Assembly (NCBI GenBank): GCA_003345545.1
Contig: PRDH01000081.1
Location: forward strand, 1-64,000
DNA: 64,000 nt
Direction: 5' to 3'
DNA from: Candidatus Thorarchaeota archaeon
Lineage (GTDB): Archaea; Asgardarchaeota; Thorarchaeia; Thorarchaeales; Thorarchaeaceae
Part shown: in pieces, positions 45,830-55,675 of the stretch
Numbering within the stretch: position 1 is the stretch's first letter
Layout of the letters: each line of letters opens with the position of its first letter
Made by a program: the position numbers and the translations under genes
Notes under the pieces: generated by a model
What the model saw: only the letters and a program-made list of their open reading frames with translations
The model's database searches: none
What the model was told of the DNA's origin: nothing

Positions 45830-47539
45830 TCATCTGAATGACAGTATTGATGCCAGTAACCATGCACATATCATTGCGTTGACCATCGCGCCAAGCCATC
45901 TGTTTCCTGTCAGACGGTATCCAAACATAGTGATCAGGGTGCATACTGCGAACCATGGTGTAAAGGCATAGAAGAACAACCACGAGTACCCAATCATACC
46001 TGGAATGACCGGCGCACCCGCAATCAGACCACCAAGAAACTCGATAGCGATCAGAGCGAGATATGGAATGCACTTGATGAAGACTGCTGTTACAGACCAC
46101 TCGAGCTGCACTCTTGCCCAGCTCCCCGTACTCTTTGGCAACATGATACTCGTGAACCAAGTTCCTTCTACGACGGAGTACACAAGAAATACAACAAAGT
46201 ATAGGGGTACTAGAATCGCTTGCAGCAATGTGAGGTCATGAAGCCCGGGCAGGAAACATCTCAGGTCCAATACGAAACCGAGATCGACCATCAAGGTCAG
46301 GGCGTATAGCCAGACAAAGACGATAGCTGTCAAGAGGACAAGTCTGACGATATCCGGAAGGCCTCTCTCAGTCCCTACTGATACCAATTTGCGAAGGCTG
46401 AGCTGTGGATTGCCTCGGCGTCTTAGCAGCAATGTAAGTGCCCCAGCCGCAATCAGCCCGCTCCCCAACATCCATGACATCACTGGCAGTCCATTGTATT
46501 GTGGGAAGGGAATGACTAATTGCAGTACTGTTCCAAGAATCAAGAAAGGAAAGAATGTTGCAACCCCGATTGCGCCGTAAAGTGTCCCATATGCCAGAAT
46601 GGATCCTGTGCTCTGTGCTTTCTCCTGAGGTAGAGTTCTACGCAGGTCCGAGAAAAATGGCAGGCTCAGTAGTATTGCCAGCAGAGGGAAGATTGTGAGT
46701 ATGGCACCAAGCAGTCCGAATAGGCCACCGATCAACCACGCTGAAAACAGAAGAATCGAACTGTCTATCCAGTGTTCGTCTTCAACGCCTCCCTTTAGGC
46801 TCATCCTCATCCAGTCAACACTCTCGCTCACGATGGTGGGGTCTATGGTTTCAAAGAGGTGATTGGTCGGAGGGAAAACAGCTCTCCTTGCTGTATTATT
46901 TGCGAAGTCACCATATGTGATACCAGGTACAACCCCAGTCACATTGAAGTATGGGTCAAGTTTAGTATGATTGCCGGGATAGCTCGAGAGTGAGTCAAAG
47001 CTACCGACTGCTACAAGCGTATTTGGTATGTAAACTGCAGTTGGGCTGAAGCCTGATCCAACAAGAACCAATGCACGCACATACACGCTTGAGCCTGCTA
47101 TGGCAGTCCACGCGATACCGCCTCCCATGCTGTGACCAATCAATCCAATCTCTGTGTTGTCGACATAGTCCAGTGAAGCGATATAGTCAAGTGCTGCAGG
47201 TCCACTTCCTGTACCTGGGTCAGAGTTGCCATGACCGTTGGCATCAATCGTGAGCACGACAAAGCCTCGTCGTGCGAGTTCAATGCCAAACGCCATCAGC
47301 CACTCCTTGTTCTGCAATGAGCCATGAATCACGACTACGCCCGGGAGAGGATTAGCGCTGGTGCCGTATATTGGACGTTGTAGTGTACTGTGAATTGTAG
47401 AGCCGTCCGCAGCCTGAAAATCGACTTCGGTGACACTCACAGTCCCATGACCGCTCTGGGTATATGCCGCCACACTGACCCCTGCTGACAGCATTATGAG
47501 ACCAAGGATCAGTACTAGGTATCTCCTTCTGATTGCCAT
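45830..47539 (-). CDS. Membrane-bound alpha/beta hydrolase with multi-TM C-terminus
   Basis: N-terminal signal anchor, VIHG, GHSMGG nucleophile elbow, about 8 C-terminal TM. Confidence 0.85.
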   Translation of the reverse strand: MAIRRRYLVLILGLIMLSAGVSVAAYTQSGHGTVSVTEVDFQAADGSTIHSTLQRPIYGTSANPLPGVVVIHGSLQNKEWLMAFGIELARRGFVVLTIDANGHGNSDPGTGSGPAALDYIASLDYVDNTEIGLIGHSMGGGIAWTAIAGSSVYVRALVLVGSGFSPTAVYIPNTLVAVGSFDSLSSYPGNHTKLDPYFNVTGVVPGITYGDFANNTARRAVFPPTNHLFETIDPTIVSESVDWMRMSLKGGVEDEHWIDSSILLFSAWLIGGLFGLLGAILTIFPLLAILLSLPFFSDLRRTLPQEKAQSTGSILAYGTLYGAIGVATFFPFLILGTVLQLVIPFPQYNGLPVMSWMLGSGLIAAGALTLLLRRRGNPQLSLRKLVSVGTERGLPDIVRLVLLTAIVFVWLYALTLMVDLGFVLDLRCFLPGLHDLTLLQAILVPLYFVVFLVYSVVEGTWFTSIMLPKSTGSWARVQLEWSVTAVFIKCIPYLALIAIEFLGGLIAGAPVIPGMIGYSWLFFYAFTPWFAVCTLITMFGYRLTGNRWLGAMVNAMICAWLLASILSFR

Positions 47540-47632
47540 CGACGAGAGAACTCCTGAGATTTGTGAGTCCGATGTAACGACTCCGGTCTTTTATTTACCC
47601 CGATACTTGATAGTATTCATATAAATCACAGA

Positions 47633-48283
47633 ATGACAACTCCCAGTACCATGCCTACCTGGGATAGTATCTTCAGAGAACAAGGGTACTTGTTTGTTGA
47701 TCCTCACCCAGATATGGCAAGGATTGCTGTTCTCTTCAAGGAACATGGTGTCAAGAGAGTCCTTGACCTAGGTTGTGGCACTGGCCGACATCTTGTGTAT
47801 CTATCAAGACTGGACTTTCAGATGGATGGCCTTGATTCTTCCTCACATGCTCTTGCACTCTCCAATAGATGGTTGGATGAAGAGGGTCTTTCTGCAAGCC
47901 TGAGAGAGCATCTGATAGAACGGCCATTTCCTTACCCAGACGGAATGTTCGACGCTCTGATTTCGATACAAGTGATTCATCACAATCTGCTCAAGGACAT
48001 TGTCTTCACAGTTTCTGAGATCGAACGTGTTCTGAAACCTGGCGCTTTCGTCTTCATCACTGTTCCCACACTAGGGCTGAAGCGGGAGAATCATGAGGAG
48101 GACTGGCAGCTTCGTCAAGTCGAGGATGGAACCTACATTCCAATGGGAGGCCGTGAGAGTGGTATACCTCATCACTACTTCACCGAGAATGAACTACGTG
48201 AAGTGTTCGGCAGTTTTGAAATTCTTGAGATCTTTCTGGACAGTACTGGCCACAGGTGTCTCTTGGGTTCTAAGAGAGTGTAG
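47633..48283 (+). CDS. Class I SAM-dependent methyltransferase
   Basis: VLDLGCGTGRH, RVLKPG. Confidence 0.9.
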   Translation: MTTPSTMPTWDSIFREQGYLFVDPHPDMARIAVLFKEHGVKRVLDLGCGTGRHLVYLSRLDFQMDGLDSSSHALALSNRWLDEEGLSASLREHLIERPFPYPDGMFDALISIQVIHHNLLKDIVFTVSEIERVLKPGAFVFITVPTLGLKRENHEEDWQLRQVEDGTYIPMGGRESGIPHHYFTENELREVFGSFEILEIFLDSTGHRCLLGSKRV

Positions 48284-48293
48284 GCGCTGATGG

Positions 48294-49574
48294 TCACTCT
48301 AGCCCGAACACGGGGAATATGAGTTCCTTCACCTTATTGATGGCATCATCAACAGCACGCTTGACCTTGGGATAGTGCTTCTCGTCCATCCTACTTGGCC
48401 TGTCAGTCCAGCCATCCCGCCCCATCTTGAGGCCATACTTCTCAATCAGCACTAGCCATTTGTTCGGCAGTACTGGCGGCAGTGCCATATCTGCAAGACC
48501 TGCAAGCACTATTGTCCATACCTTCGCTGTTGTTACAGGGTTGTAGCCTCCACCCCCTACAGCAACAAGCTTTCTTTCTCCCTCATGTACAAGCTGTCGG
48601 ACTGTCATAGTCAGGCGATGGTATGTATCAAAGGTGAGCATTAGGTCTGCTAAGGGATCGCCAAAATGTGCATCCGCTCCGACGTTCCAGAACACAAGGT
48701 CTGGTTTGTAGACCTGCCAGATGGGAACAATGGCATCTTCGAAGGCCCTCCAGTACTCAACATCATCGGTCAGTGGTGGAAGGGGGACATTGACGGAGTA
48801 GCCTTTTCCTTCACCTATCCCCATTTCTTCTGGTTTTCCAGTTCCAGGGAAGAATCCCATGCTCTTCTCGTGAAGTGATATGGTGAGAACATCCGGGTCG
48901 GCATAGAACGCTTTCTGTGTACCATCACCATGATGAACATCCGTGTCGAGATACAGAACCTTCTTGCCCGGATTCACTTCTTTGTATTTCTTGATGGCAA
49001 CTACCGTGTCATTGAGGTAACAGAATCCTGCAGCTTGGCTCTCCATAGCATGATGGAAACCGCCAACAAACGACATCGCATTTTTGAACTTCCCCTTGGC
49101 AACACCTATTGTGGCATCAATCACTCCCCCTACTGGTAGACGTGCGTACCTATGAACCCCCGGAAAAACAGGGCAATCATCAGTATCAAGACCAAATCGG
49201 GCAGAGAATGCTGACCCTGTGTTCCCAAAGAGATCAAGCGTTTCTACAAAGGATGGATCGTGGAAGGTCAGCAATTCCTCCTTGGTCGCCTCCCTCATTT
49301 GCTGGAGAGAGATCTTCGAACTCTCGGTCATTCCTGCCATCACTGGAAGACTCCACGTGACATCAAGACGTGCTCTATTCCAGAAGGGATTGACTACTGC
49401 CTTCATCCTCTCCAGCTCATCGATACCATCTAGAGCTAAGAGGCTCTCAGGACTATAGAGGGCTGTGCGTTCAGTCACTTGGTTCCCACCGCATGCAAAT
49501 AGGTACTGCCTTTCTCCAACATGAAGTCTACTTATGTGTGATGGCATATCACTCTTCGAAAGCCTCATTATCAT
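48294..49574 (-). CDS. Zn-dependent deacetylase, AcuC/HDAC class I-like
   Basis: GGFHHA, GFCYLND, DTDVHHGDG, FFPGTG, NVPLPP, GADAH..DPL, GGGGY. Confidence 0.92.
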   Translation of the reverse strand: MIMRLSKSDMPSHISRLHVGERQYLFACGGNQVTERTALYSPESLLALDGIDELERMKAVVNPFWNRARLDVTWSLPVMAGMTESSKISLQQMREATKEELLTFHDPSFVETLDLFGNTGSAFSARFGLDTDDCPVFPGVHRYARLPVGGVIDATIGVAKGKFKNAMSFVGGFHHAMESQAAGFCYLNDTVVAIKKYKEVNPGKKVLYLDTDVHHGDGTQKAFYADPDVLTISLHEKSMGFFPGTGKPEEMGIGEGKGYSVNVPLPPLTDDVEYWRAFEDAIVPIWQVYKPDLVFWNVGADAHFGDPLADLMLTFDTYHRLTMTVRQLVHEGERKLVAVGGGGYNPVTTAKVWTIVLAGLADMALPPVLPNKWLVLIEKYGLKMGRDGWTDRPSRMDEKHYPKVKRAVDDAINKVKELIFPVFGLE

Positions 49575-49596
49575 GAATGGAGATTGAAGATGTGTT

Positions 49597-50610
49597 ATGT
49601 CGAAGTATGAACTTCTGAAGGAAACATTTCTTGGAAACCTTGGGGAGCAGATACCTGTTTCCCTATGGAAGCATCACCCCGACCTGGATCGTACCCCTGA
49701 GGGACTGGCAAATGCTGAGATTGAGTTTCACAGAAAGTTTGACCATGATCTCCTCAAAGTATCCTTCTTTGGTCACTATCCATGCATTGACTTTGGATGT
49801 ACTGCAGAATACGATGGTGCCAGCACTGGGTCTACTACATTGACTTCTTATCCCATTAAGGACTCAGCTGGCTGGGAGGTCCTTGAGCCAGTCGATGTGA
49901 ATGCCGGTGAATTCGGCAACCAGGTTAGGGCAGTAGAACTGATTCAGAGGTATGCACACGGGAAAGTCCCAACTATGGCCACCCTCTTCGATCCTGCCAT
50001 GGTTGCTGATAGACTGTGTGGTCAGAATCTAGTCAAGTATGCGGATGAGGTCCCTGTCATCCTGAAGAGAGCTCTTGATCTGATCTGTGACGTGATGATT
50101 GATTTTGCACGAGCTACGCTTGAATCAGGGGCTGATGGACTGTTCATCGCCAGCCAGCACTCGACTCTTTCATCAATTTCAGATAAACACTATAATACCT
50201 TCATCTATCCCTATCATCTGAGGATGGTTTCCAAGCTGCGTAGCAAGGCCAAGTTCATCATCATGCATCTCCATACGAGAGAGGAGAGAGAAGAGATTCG
50301 ATTCAACAGAATCGCTGAAACTCCCGGGGTTGTTGGCATCAACTGGGAGGATCGGAGTTCTTCGCTGTCACTCAGAGAAGGCAAGAGAAGATCACGAAAG
50401 ACTGTGCTGGGCGGTATCGACCATAATGGCGTATTGAGGACCGGGACGCCCCATGAGGCCGAGAAACAGGTCTTGAATGCAGTGGATGAGGCTGGGTTCG
50501 AACACCTCATTGTGGCTCCAGGCTGCGTAATCACTGTCGATACACCGCCTGAAAACGTACTAGCTGTCAGGGATGCAATACGGTCCATCGACCCATTCAG
50601 AGGCAAATAG
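49597..50610 (+). CDS. Uroporphyrinogen decarboxylase (URO-D/MtaA) superfamily protein
   Basis: PVSLWKH, GADGLFIA, VLGGID, IVAPGCVI. Confidence 0.8.
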   Translation: MSKYELLKETFLGNLGEQIPVSLWKHHPDLDRTPEGLANAEIEFHRKFDHDLLKVSFFGHYPCIDFGCTAEYDGASTGSTTLTSYPIKDSAGWEVLEPVDVNAGEFGNQVRAVELIQRYAHGKVPTMATLFDPAMVADRLCGQNLVKYADEVPVILKRALDLICDVMIDFARATLESGADGLFIASQHSTLSSISDKHYNTFIYPYHLRMVSKLRSKAKFIIMHLHTREEREEIRFNRIAETPGVVGINWEDRSSSLSLREGKRRSRKTVLGGIDHNGVLRTGTPHEAEKQVLNAVDEAGFEHLIVAPGCVITVDTPPENVLAVRDAIRSIDPFRGK

Positions 50611-50620
50611 GAGGAAGAGA

Positions 50621-52339
50621 TTGTTGACAAGAAACGCTGAGGTTGCACGAGTCCTGAAGGAAATAGGCCTGCTTCTAGAGTTCGAGGGAAAGGAACCCTT
50701 CAAGGTCAAGGCATACCAGCGAGCTGTCAGATCCATCGCAGCTCTTGGTGAAGATGTTGCTGTACTAGCAGAACGTCGAGAGCTCACCAGTATTGCAGGC
50801 ATTGGTAAAGGTCTTGCTGAAGTCATCACGAGCTATCTCGAAACCGGGCATGTTGCGGTTCTCGATGAATTGAGAACACGTGTTCCAATAAGAATCATGG
50901 AGCTCGATGCTATTCCGGGCGTTGGCATCAAGACAATCAAGTTGGTCTATGAGAGGCTAGGAGTCACTAATCTGGACTCACTCGAGAAAGCCGCCAACGA
51001 GAACAAGCTATCACAGCTGCCTGGTCTTGGAGCGAAGACACAAGAACAGATCATTGAGGGGATTCAAGTCGCGCGAGGTGGTCTGAGCAGGACCCTTCTA
51101 GCTGATGCGCTGTCAATCGCCAGTGACGTGGAGAAACAACTTCGCAGGTTACCCGTGGTTCGCCAGTTCGTCATTGCAGGTTCCATGCGTAGGAGAAAGG
51201 AAACGATTGGTGACATTGACATACTTGTCGAAGCGACTGATTCAAAGCTAGTGATGGACACATTTGTAACCCTTAAGGAGGTGTCAAGTATCTCTGCCCA
51301 TGGTGAGACCAAATCCTCAGTACGGCTCTCAGGTGGAATTCAGGTGGACCTCCGAGTGCTGCCTGCTGACAGCTTTGGTGCTGGTCTTCAATACTTCACT
51401 GGCAGTATCGACCACAATGTGAAACTACGTGCCATTGCACAGAAGAAGGGGCACAGACTGAACGAGTACGGTCTCTTTAGAGGGGAAGAGAAGATTGCTG
51501 GAAAAGACGAGTCTGGCATATACCGCAGCTTGGGAATGGACACAATCCCACCAGAGCTCAGAGAAGACTGGGGTGAGATAGAGGCAGCTCAGAACGGGAC
51601 TCTACCTACGCTCATCGAGTTGAAGGATATACGTGGCGACCTTCACAGCCACACTGATCAGTCTGATGGAAAGAATACCATTGATGAGATGCTGGATGCG
51701 GCCCAAGCAAAGAGGTACGAATACTATTGCGTATCGGACCACACGCAGAGCCTCACGATTGCCAATGGAATGGATGAGGACCGATTGTTGAGGCGCATTG
51801 ATGAGATTGATGAACTGAATGCCTCTGGTCGCTGGAAGATGAAGATTCTCAAGGGTGCAGAGGTGGATATCTTGTCTGATGGTTCATTAGACATCAAGGA
51901 TGAGGTCCTGTCTCAACTCGACATTGTCACAGCGTCAATCCACAGTAGAATGAAGGATGACCGGAAGACCATGACTGAACGTGTCTGCCGAGCTCTTGAG
52001 AGCAAATATGTGCATATCCTCGGTCACCCTACTGGTCGCATGCTTTTGAAGAGAACAGAGTTTGAGATTGACCTTGAGGCAGTATTTGAGTCCGCTAAGA
52101 AGAACAATATTGTGATGGAGTTGAATGCACACCCAGAGCGTCTCGATCTCAATGCCAGCAATTTGCGGGCTGCAACCAAGGTGGGCCTGCGCATTGCAGT
52201 TAACACTGACGCTCACTGGACAACAGAACTCGACCATATGCAATTCGGGGTCTACCAAGCACGGCGTGGCTGGCTGTCAAGAGACGATGTCATCAATACC
52301 TATCCCCTGAAGAAGATGATGAGCACAATCAGAAAGTAA
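50621..52339 (+). CDS. polX: DNA polymerase X with PHP domain
   Basis: AGSMRR.KETIGDID, QVDLR, YFTGS..HN; PHP motifs HSHT..SDG, SDH, NTDAH. Confidence 0.95.
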   Translation: MLTRNAEVARVLKEIGLLLEFEGKEPFKVKAYQRAVRSIAALGEDVAVLAERRELTSIAGIGKGLAEVITSYLETGHVAVLDELRTRVPIRIMELDAIPGVGIKTIKLVYERLGVTNLDSLEKAANENKLSQLPGLGAKTQEQIIEGIQVARGGLSRTLLADALSIASDVEKQLRRLPVVRQFVIAGSMRRRKETIGDIDILVEATDSKLVMDTFVTLKEVSSISAHGETKSSVRLSGGIQVDLRVLPADSFGAGLQYFTGSIDHNVKLRAIAQKKGHRLNEYGLFRGEEKIAGKDESGIYRSLGMDTIPPELREDWGEIEAAQNGTLPTLIELKDIRGDLHSHTDQSDGKNTIDEMLDAAQAKRYEYYCVSDHTQSLTIANGMDEDRLLRRIDEIDELNASGRWKMKILKGAEVDILSDGSLDIKDEVLSQLDIVTASIHSRMKDDRKTMTERVCRALESKYVHILGHPTGRMLLKRTEFEIDLEAVFESAKKNNIVMELNAHPERLDLNASNLRAATKVGLRIAVNTDAHWTTELDHMQFGVYQARRGWLSRDDVINTYPLKKMMSTIRK

Positions 52340-52419
52340 GAATCAAGAGAGATTGGTCGGATTCAATAACTCTTGTTCAATAATCGACAGTATCTATCAT
52401 AGTTCCTGTAATACCGCCT

Positions 52420-53334
52420 CTATGAGATCATTTCAATGAAATTGTATTGCTTGAGAGATATCAAGCACTCGACAGTTATCTTTCCTGCCCATTCCTTTTT
52501 TGCATGTGACCAGCTATCCATGTATTGACCCCACTCCCATGTTGGCCACCAACCCCCATCATCGGATTGTTTCTGTATCTGGGAGGCGATTAGCCCAGTC
52601 ACTCTGTCGGGGTAAAGTCGGTACAAGAGTGATTGAGGATCTGGAGCTATCACAAAGACCCGGACCTCTCGTAATACTTGTTCAATCGTCGGCATAATCT
52701 TTCGCAGAGTTCTTTCAATCTTATCAGTAGCCTTCCTTCTCAAGGCATCAGGAAGGTATGAATATGCACGATTCCAACATACGATATCGTAAATCAGACC
52801 TTCAATATATGTTGAACTCTCAAGATTGAGAAGGGCACGCCGATTTACAGCGATTAGAACGTCCTTCGGAACATGTATTGCGTACTTGTTCATATAGCCC
52901 ACAAGCTCTGCATTTGGATTCGGCCATCCTGCCTCTGATGGCGAAATGACGCTCTCTACATGCCACCAAGGTGCATGTGGCTCTTCATTTACATTCATAA
53001 ATGTGGGCGGCCAATATCCGCCATCTGATTGATATGTAGATACAAGATACTTCATCGCCGATTCAATGATTGGGTCAGCAGAGTCTAATTCAATTTGAGT
53101 GCAGTACTGTAATCCTACTGATGTTGCCATTGGAGAAGATGCTTTGAGTCGAAAATCGGGGTCTATCGCATTACCAAATCCTCCGTCTGGATTTTGGTAC
53201 TTTACTAAGGCCTTACGTACTTCCTTCTCTGATTCGTTTCCAAATTGAGATTCAATCAGTTTCCTATCCAGTTCTCTTGCATTGTTCTTGACAAACTCAA
53301 ATGCTTGCAAGAATTCTTCACGTTTGAGTAACAT
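52420..53334 (-). CDS. Hypothetical protein with prenyltransferase/terpene-cyclase-like QW repeats
   Basis: YQNPDGGFG, QSDGGYW, QSDDGGWW. Confidence 0.65.
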   Translation of the reverse strand: MLLKREEFLQAFEFVKNNARELDRKLIESQFGNESEKEVRKALVKYQNPDGGFGNAIDPDFRLKASSPMATSVGLQYCTQIELDSADPIIESAMKYLVSTYQSDGGYWPPTFMNVNEEPHAPWWHVESVISPSEAGWPNPNAELVGYMNKYAIHVPKDVLIAVNRRALLNLESSTYIEGLIYDIVCWNRAYSYLPDALRRKATDKIERTLRKIMPTIEQVLREVRVFVIAPDPQSLLYRLYPDRVTGLIASQIQKQSDDGGWWPTWEWGQYMDSWSHAKKEWAGKITVECLISLKQYNFIEMIS

Positions 53335-53497
53335 TTCAGATCATCGATGAGTTGTTTTATTCTCGATGGCACAACTGACCTGCTGCAGTCTCTCGCCTTA
53401 ATCAGTATTGTTTAGTGTATACCTTACTGCATTGCAGGGAGTTCAATATTCAGAATAATATGCAATCCGCCTACCTTTGATATTCTTGAAGAAGGAA

Positions 53498-53649
53498 TGG
53501 TGCCGAGAATGGGATTTTCGGATCAGATGCAAACCATCTAATCCTTCGAACCCATGAACCCCTACGAGAGTGGATTTCTCCTGGGAGTCAAGCCGGCAGC
53601 TTGAACGATCTTGAGCCCACCGCCTTTAACCGGGCTTGGCTATCTCGGC
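53498..53649 (-). tRNA. tRNA-Leu(CAA) with two introns: 37/38 (53576-53609) and T-loop 59/60 (53515-53544)
   Basis: Acceptor GCCGAGA/TCTCGGC, long variable arm, ATGGG-TTCGAA|intron|T-CCCAT with strict BHB (TTCG/CGAA), CCA. Confidence 0.88.
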
Positions 53650-53897
53650 TTGGACTCCCAGAAATCCAATCAGTATATAGTCATTTTGGACAGACGCACA
53701 GCGATGATGGAACCATCCTTGCTAATCTGTGCAAATAAGGAAAAGGAGCGCCACTTTGGACACGATGAACCGTTCGAGAGCGAGTAATCGATTTTGATGT
53801 TATACTAATAGAGATGAGATTCACATTGAGGATGGCGAAGAAAGGACTGCCTCCAATATGACGAATAAAGAGCCCACCAACGACCGATGACTGGTTC

Positions 53898-53941
53898 AAA
53901 AATGAAGAGGGTGGCTCAAAACAAACAGCAAGGGTAAGTTC
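53898..53941. repeat. Degenerate direct repeat of about 45 bp, copy 1 (core AGGGTGGCTCAA)
   Basis: Aligns with 54440-54485. Confidence 0.6.
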
Positions 53942-54011
53942 CCTGATATGATTTTTGAGAATTGGAAATCATACACTCTATGGTGCCGGTAATCGTCTGG
54001 ATGGATAGACC

Positions 54012-54437
54012 ATGAAGAGATCAGTTTTGATCATGACTGGGATATCTTTGCTTGCTACTTTGATTGCACTCACTATTGAAGTATACTATATTATTCTTCA
54101 GACTGAACCCATAGAACTCGATGTAAGGACTAGAGGGGTTACGGAAATTCTTCTCTTTCTCATAAGTGCTCCCTTATTTGCTGCAGCCTGGAATTTGAAG
54201 CAGAAGACAGACAAGACTGTAGTGCTCATTCTGATAGCGATTGGGATTCTCGGCGCCAGTGGAACTTGGGTATTTCACGATTCACTTGCAAGTATTTTCT
54301 TTCCGAAATTGTCCATAATCACATTCTTGATCATCGATTTTGCATGGTTTTGTTTTGTTGGCTTCTTTCTATGGGTTCGTCGGTTGGGCACTCCAGCCAA
54401 ACGAGAGCTAGAGAATCCCCTAAAGATAACAAACTAA
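54012..54437 (+). CDS. Orphan 4-TM membrane protein
   Basis: Four hydrophobic helices; AT-rich. Confidence 0.65.
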   Translation: MKRSVLIMTGISLLATLIALTIEVYYIILQTEPIELDVRTRGVTEILLFLISAPLFAAAWNLKQKTDKTVVLILIAIGILGASGTWVFHDSLASIFFPKLSIITFLIIDFAWFCFVGFFLWVRRLGTPAKRELENPLKITN

Positions 54438-54439
54438 CG

Positions 54440-54485
54440 AAAAAAAGGAAGGGTGGCTCAACAGCGACAAGCTAAGGGAGAGTTC
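54440..54485. repeat. Degenerate direct repeat of about 45 bp, copy 2
   Basis: AAAAA..AGGGTGGCTCAA..AAGGG..AGTTC shared with copy 1. Confidence 0.6.
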
Positions 54486-54612
54486 GACGATTACCTGACC
54501 CCATCGAAAGCCCGCACCTCTGCCTGTCTGAAGCAAGGACAAACAAGAGGATGCGCCAGTCTGCTTTGACGTTCGGAATTACAGGTGAAGAATATCATTG
54601 CACTAGCCCAAT

Positions 54613-54696
54613 GAGAGTGGATGTCTCATCGGAGACAAGCCAGCAGCCTGAATGACCTTGAATCCACGGCCTTTAACCGGATTTGGCTACCTCGGC
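54613..54696 (-). pseudogene. Truncated tRNA-Leu(CAA) copy (5' part through variable arm, with its 37/38 intron)
   Basis: GCCGAGGTAGCCAAATCCGGTTAAAGGCCGTGGATTCAAG-intron-ATCCACTCTC; no T-arm or 3' acceptor strand. Confidence 0.8.
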
Positions 54697-54776
54697 CCAT
54701 ATAGCCAGAAATGAATTACCTGTTACTATTTCAATAGTCCTTCGACGAATATTTCTTTCATACTCGTCTTGAATTT

Positions 54777-55289
54777 CTAGTTGGAATCCTCAACAACTGT
54801 TGATTCATCCCATGGAGAATCTAGCTTTTTCACAACTTTGGACACAAGCAGTAGGGCTATTATCCCTGTACTGGGGACGGGGATACACAGGAGAGGGTTT
54901 GTCGAGATTGGGCAAGGAATGAATATCCAAATGATTAGTATATAGACTACCTGCAATAGAAGAACTTGTTCCAAGTATGTATATCTACTCAAGTTTGGAT
55001 TCTTGAATCCACGCCACACATACGTTGCAACAATAATTCCAGGTGAATAGAACGGAAACATGAAGAGAGTTAGCAAGATTGATACGACAATTGGAGAGGT
55101 TGAGTAGGGATTGCTTGGAAGATATGACCATAGACCAGCATAGATGATGATATTCAGGTTGCCCGAAGTGGGAAGTATGATCTTCAGTGGAGTGAGAAGA
55201 TTCCAAATATGCAAGAAGACTGTTGTTCGTGCTGGAGACCACAAGACCATCCCATTATTCCCCTGAACGTTTCGCCCTCGTTTGCCCAT
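54777..55289 (-). CDS. Hypothetical membrane protein (paralog of 10053-10622)
   Basis: LLTPLKII, YAGLW, IPVP..IIALLL...DSPW. Confidence 0.65.
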   Translation of the reverse strand: MGKRGRNVQGNNGMVLWSPARTTVFLHIWNLLTPLKIILPTSGNLNIIIYAGLWSYLPSNPYSTSPIVVSILLTLFMFPFYSPGIIVATYVWRGFKNPNLSRYTYLEQVLLLQVVYILIIWIFIPCPISTNPLLCIPVPSTGIIALLLVSKVVKKLDSPWDESTVVEDSN

Positions 55290-55314
55290 CTACGGTCTAA
55301 ACTCCGACGCTAGA

Positions 55315-55347
55315 TGGCTACCTCGCCCATATAGCCAGAACTGAATT
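55315..55347 (-). repeat. Third tRNA-Leu 5'-end/leader remnant
   Basis: Matches 54684-54717 with one indel and one mismatch. Confidence 0.75.
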
Positions 55348-55378
55348 GTCTATAGTATTTAGCCATTTCCGTAGAAAA

Positions 55379-55669
55379 TCAGGGACCTTCGAGGTGTGGC
55401 CTGATTATTTCATAGAACTCGGAGATGATCTTGGACTTGGGATCCTCGGTTTCTAGAATGAACAGGCGTATCTGCTGCCCGACCTTGATCTCCTTGACAA
55501 TACCCATGTCAACCAGAGGCTGCATCACACGATGGATGGTAGAATGTGCCAGACCTGTTTCCTTCGCGACTCTACTGAGGTTGAAGAAATCCTTTGGACG
55601 GTCCAAGAAATGCTGGACCACACGTGTCTGAGCTCGGGATGCGAAAACTTTCTCAAGTAACTTCTTCAA
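55379..55669 (-). CDS. Winged-HTH transcriptional regulator
   Basis: NLSRVAKETGLAHSTIHRVMQPLVDMGIV. Confidence 0.8.
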   Translation of the reverse strand: MKKLLEKVFASRAQTRVVQHFLDRPKDFFNLSRVAKETGLAHSTIHRVMQPLVDMGIVKEIKVGQQIRLFILETEDPKSKIISEFYEIIRPHLEGP

Positions 55670-55675
55670 GTCATT

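Noticed and set aside
54432-54488. Integron attC site (AACTAAC ... GTTCGAC) after the orphan gene
   Set aside because: The ends are not complementary beyond AAC/GTT, there is no internal palindrome, and no integrase is present.
54613-54696. 5' half of a trans-spliced (split) tRNA
   Set aside because: No matching 3' half or complementary leader was found in the window, and the fragment has substitutions at positions 26 and 32. Decay is the simpler explanation, though a partner elsewhere is not excluded.
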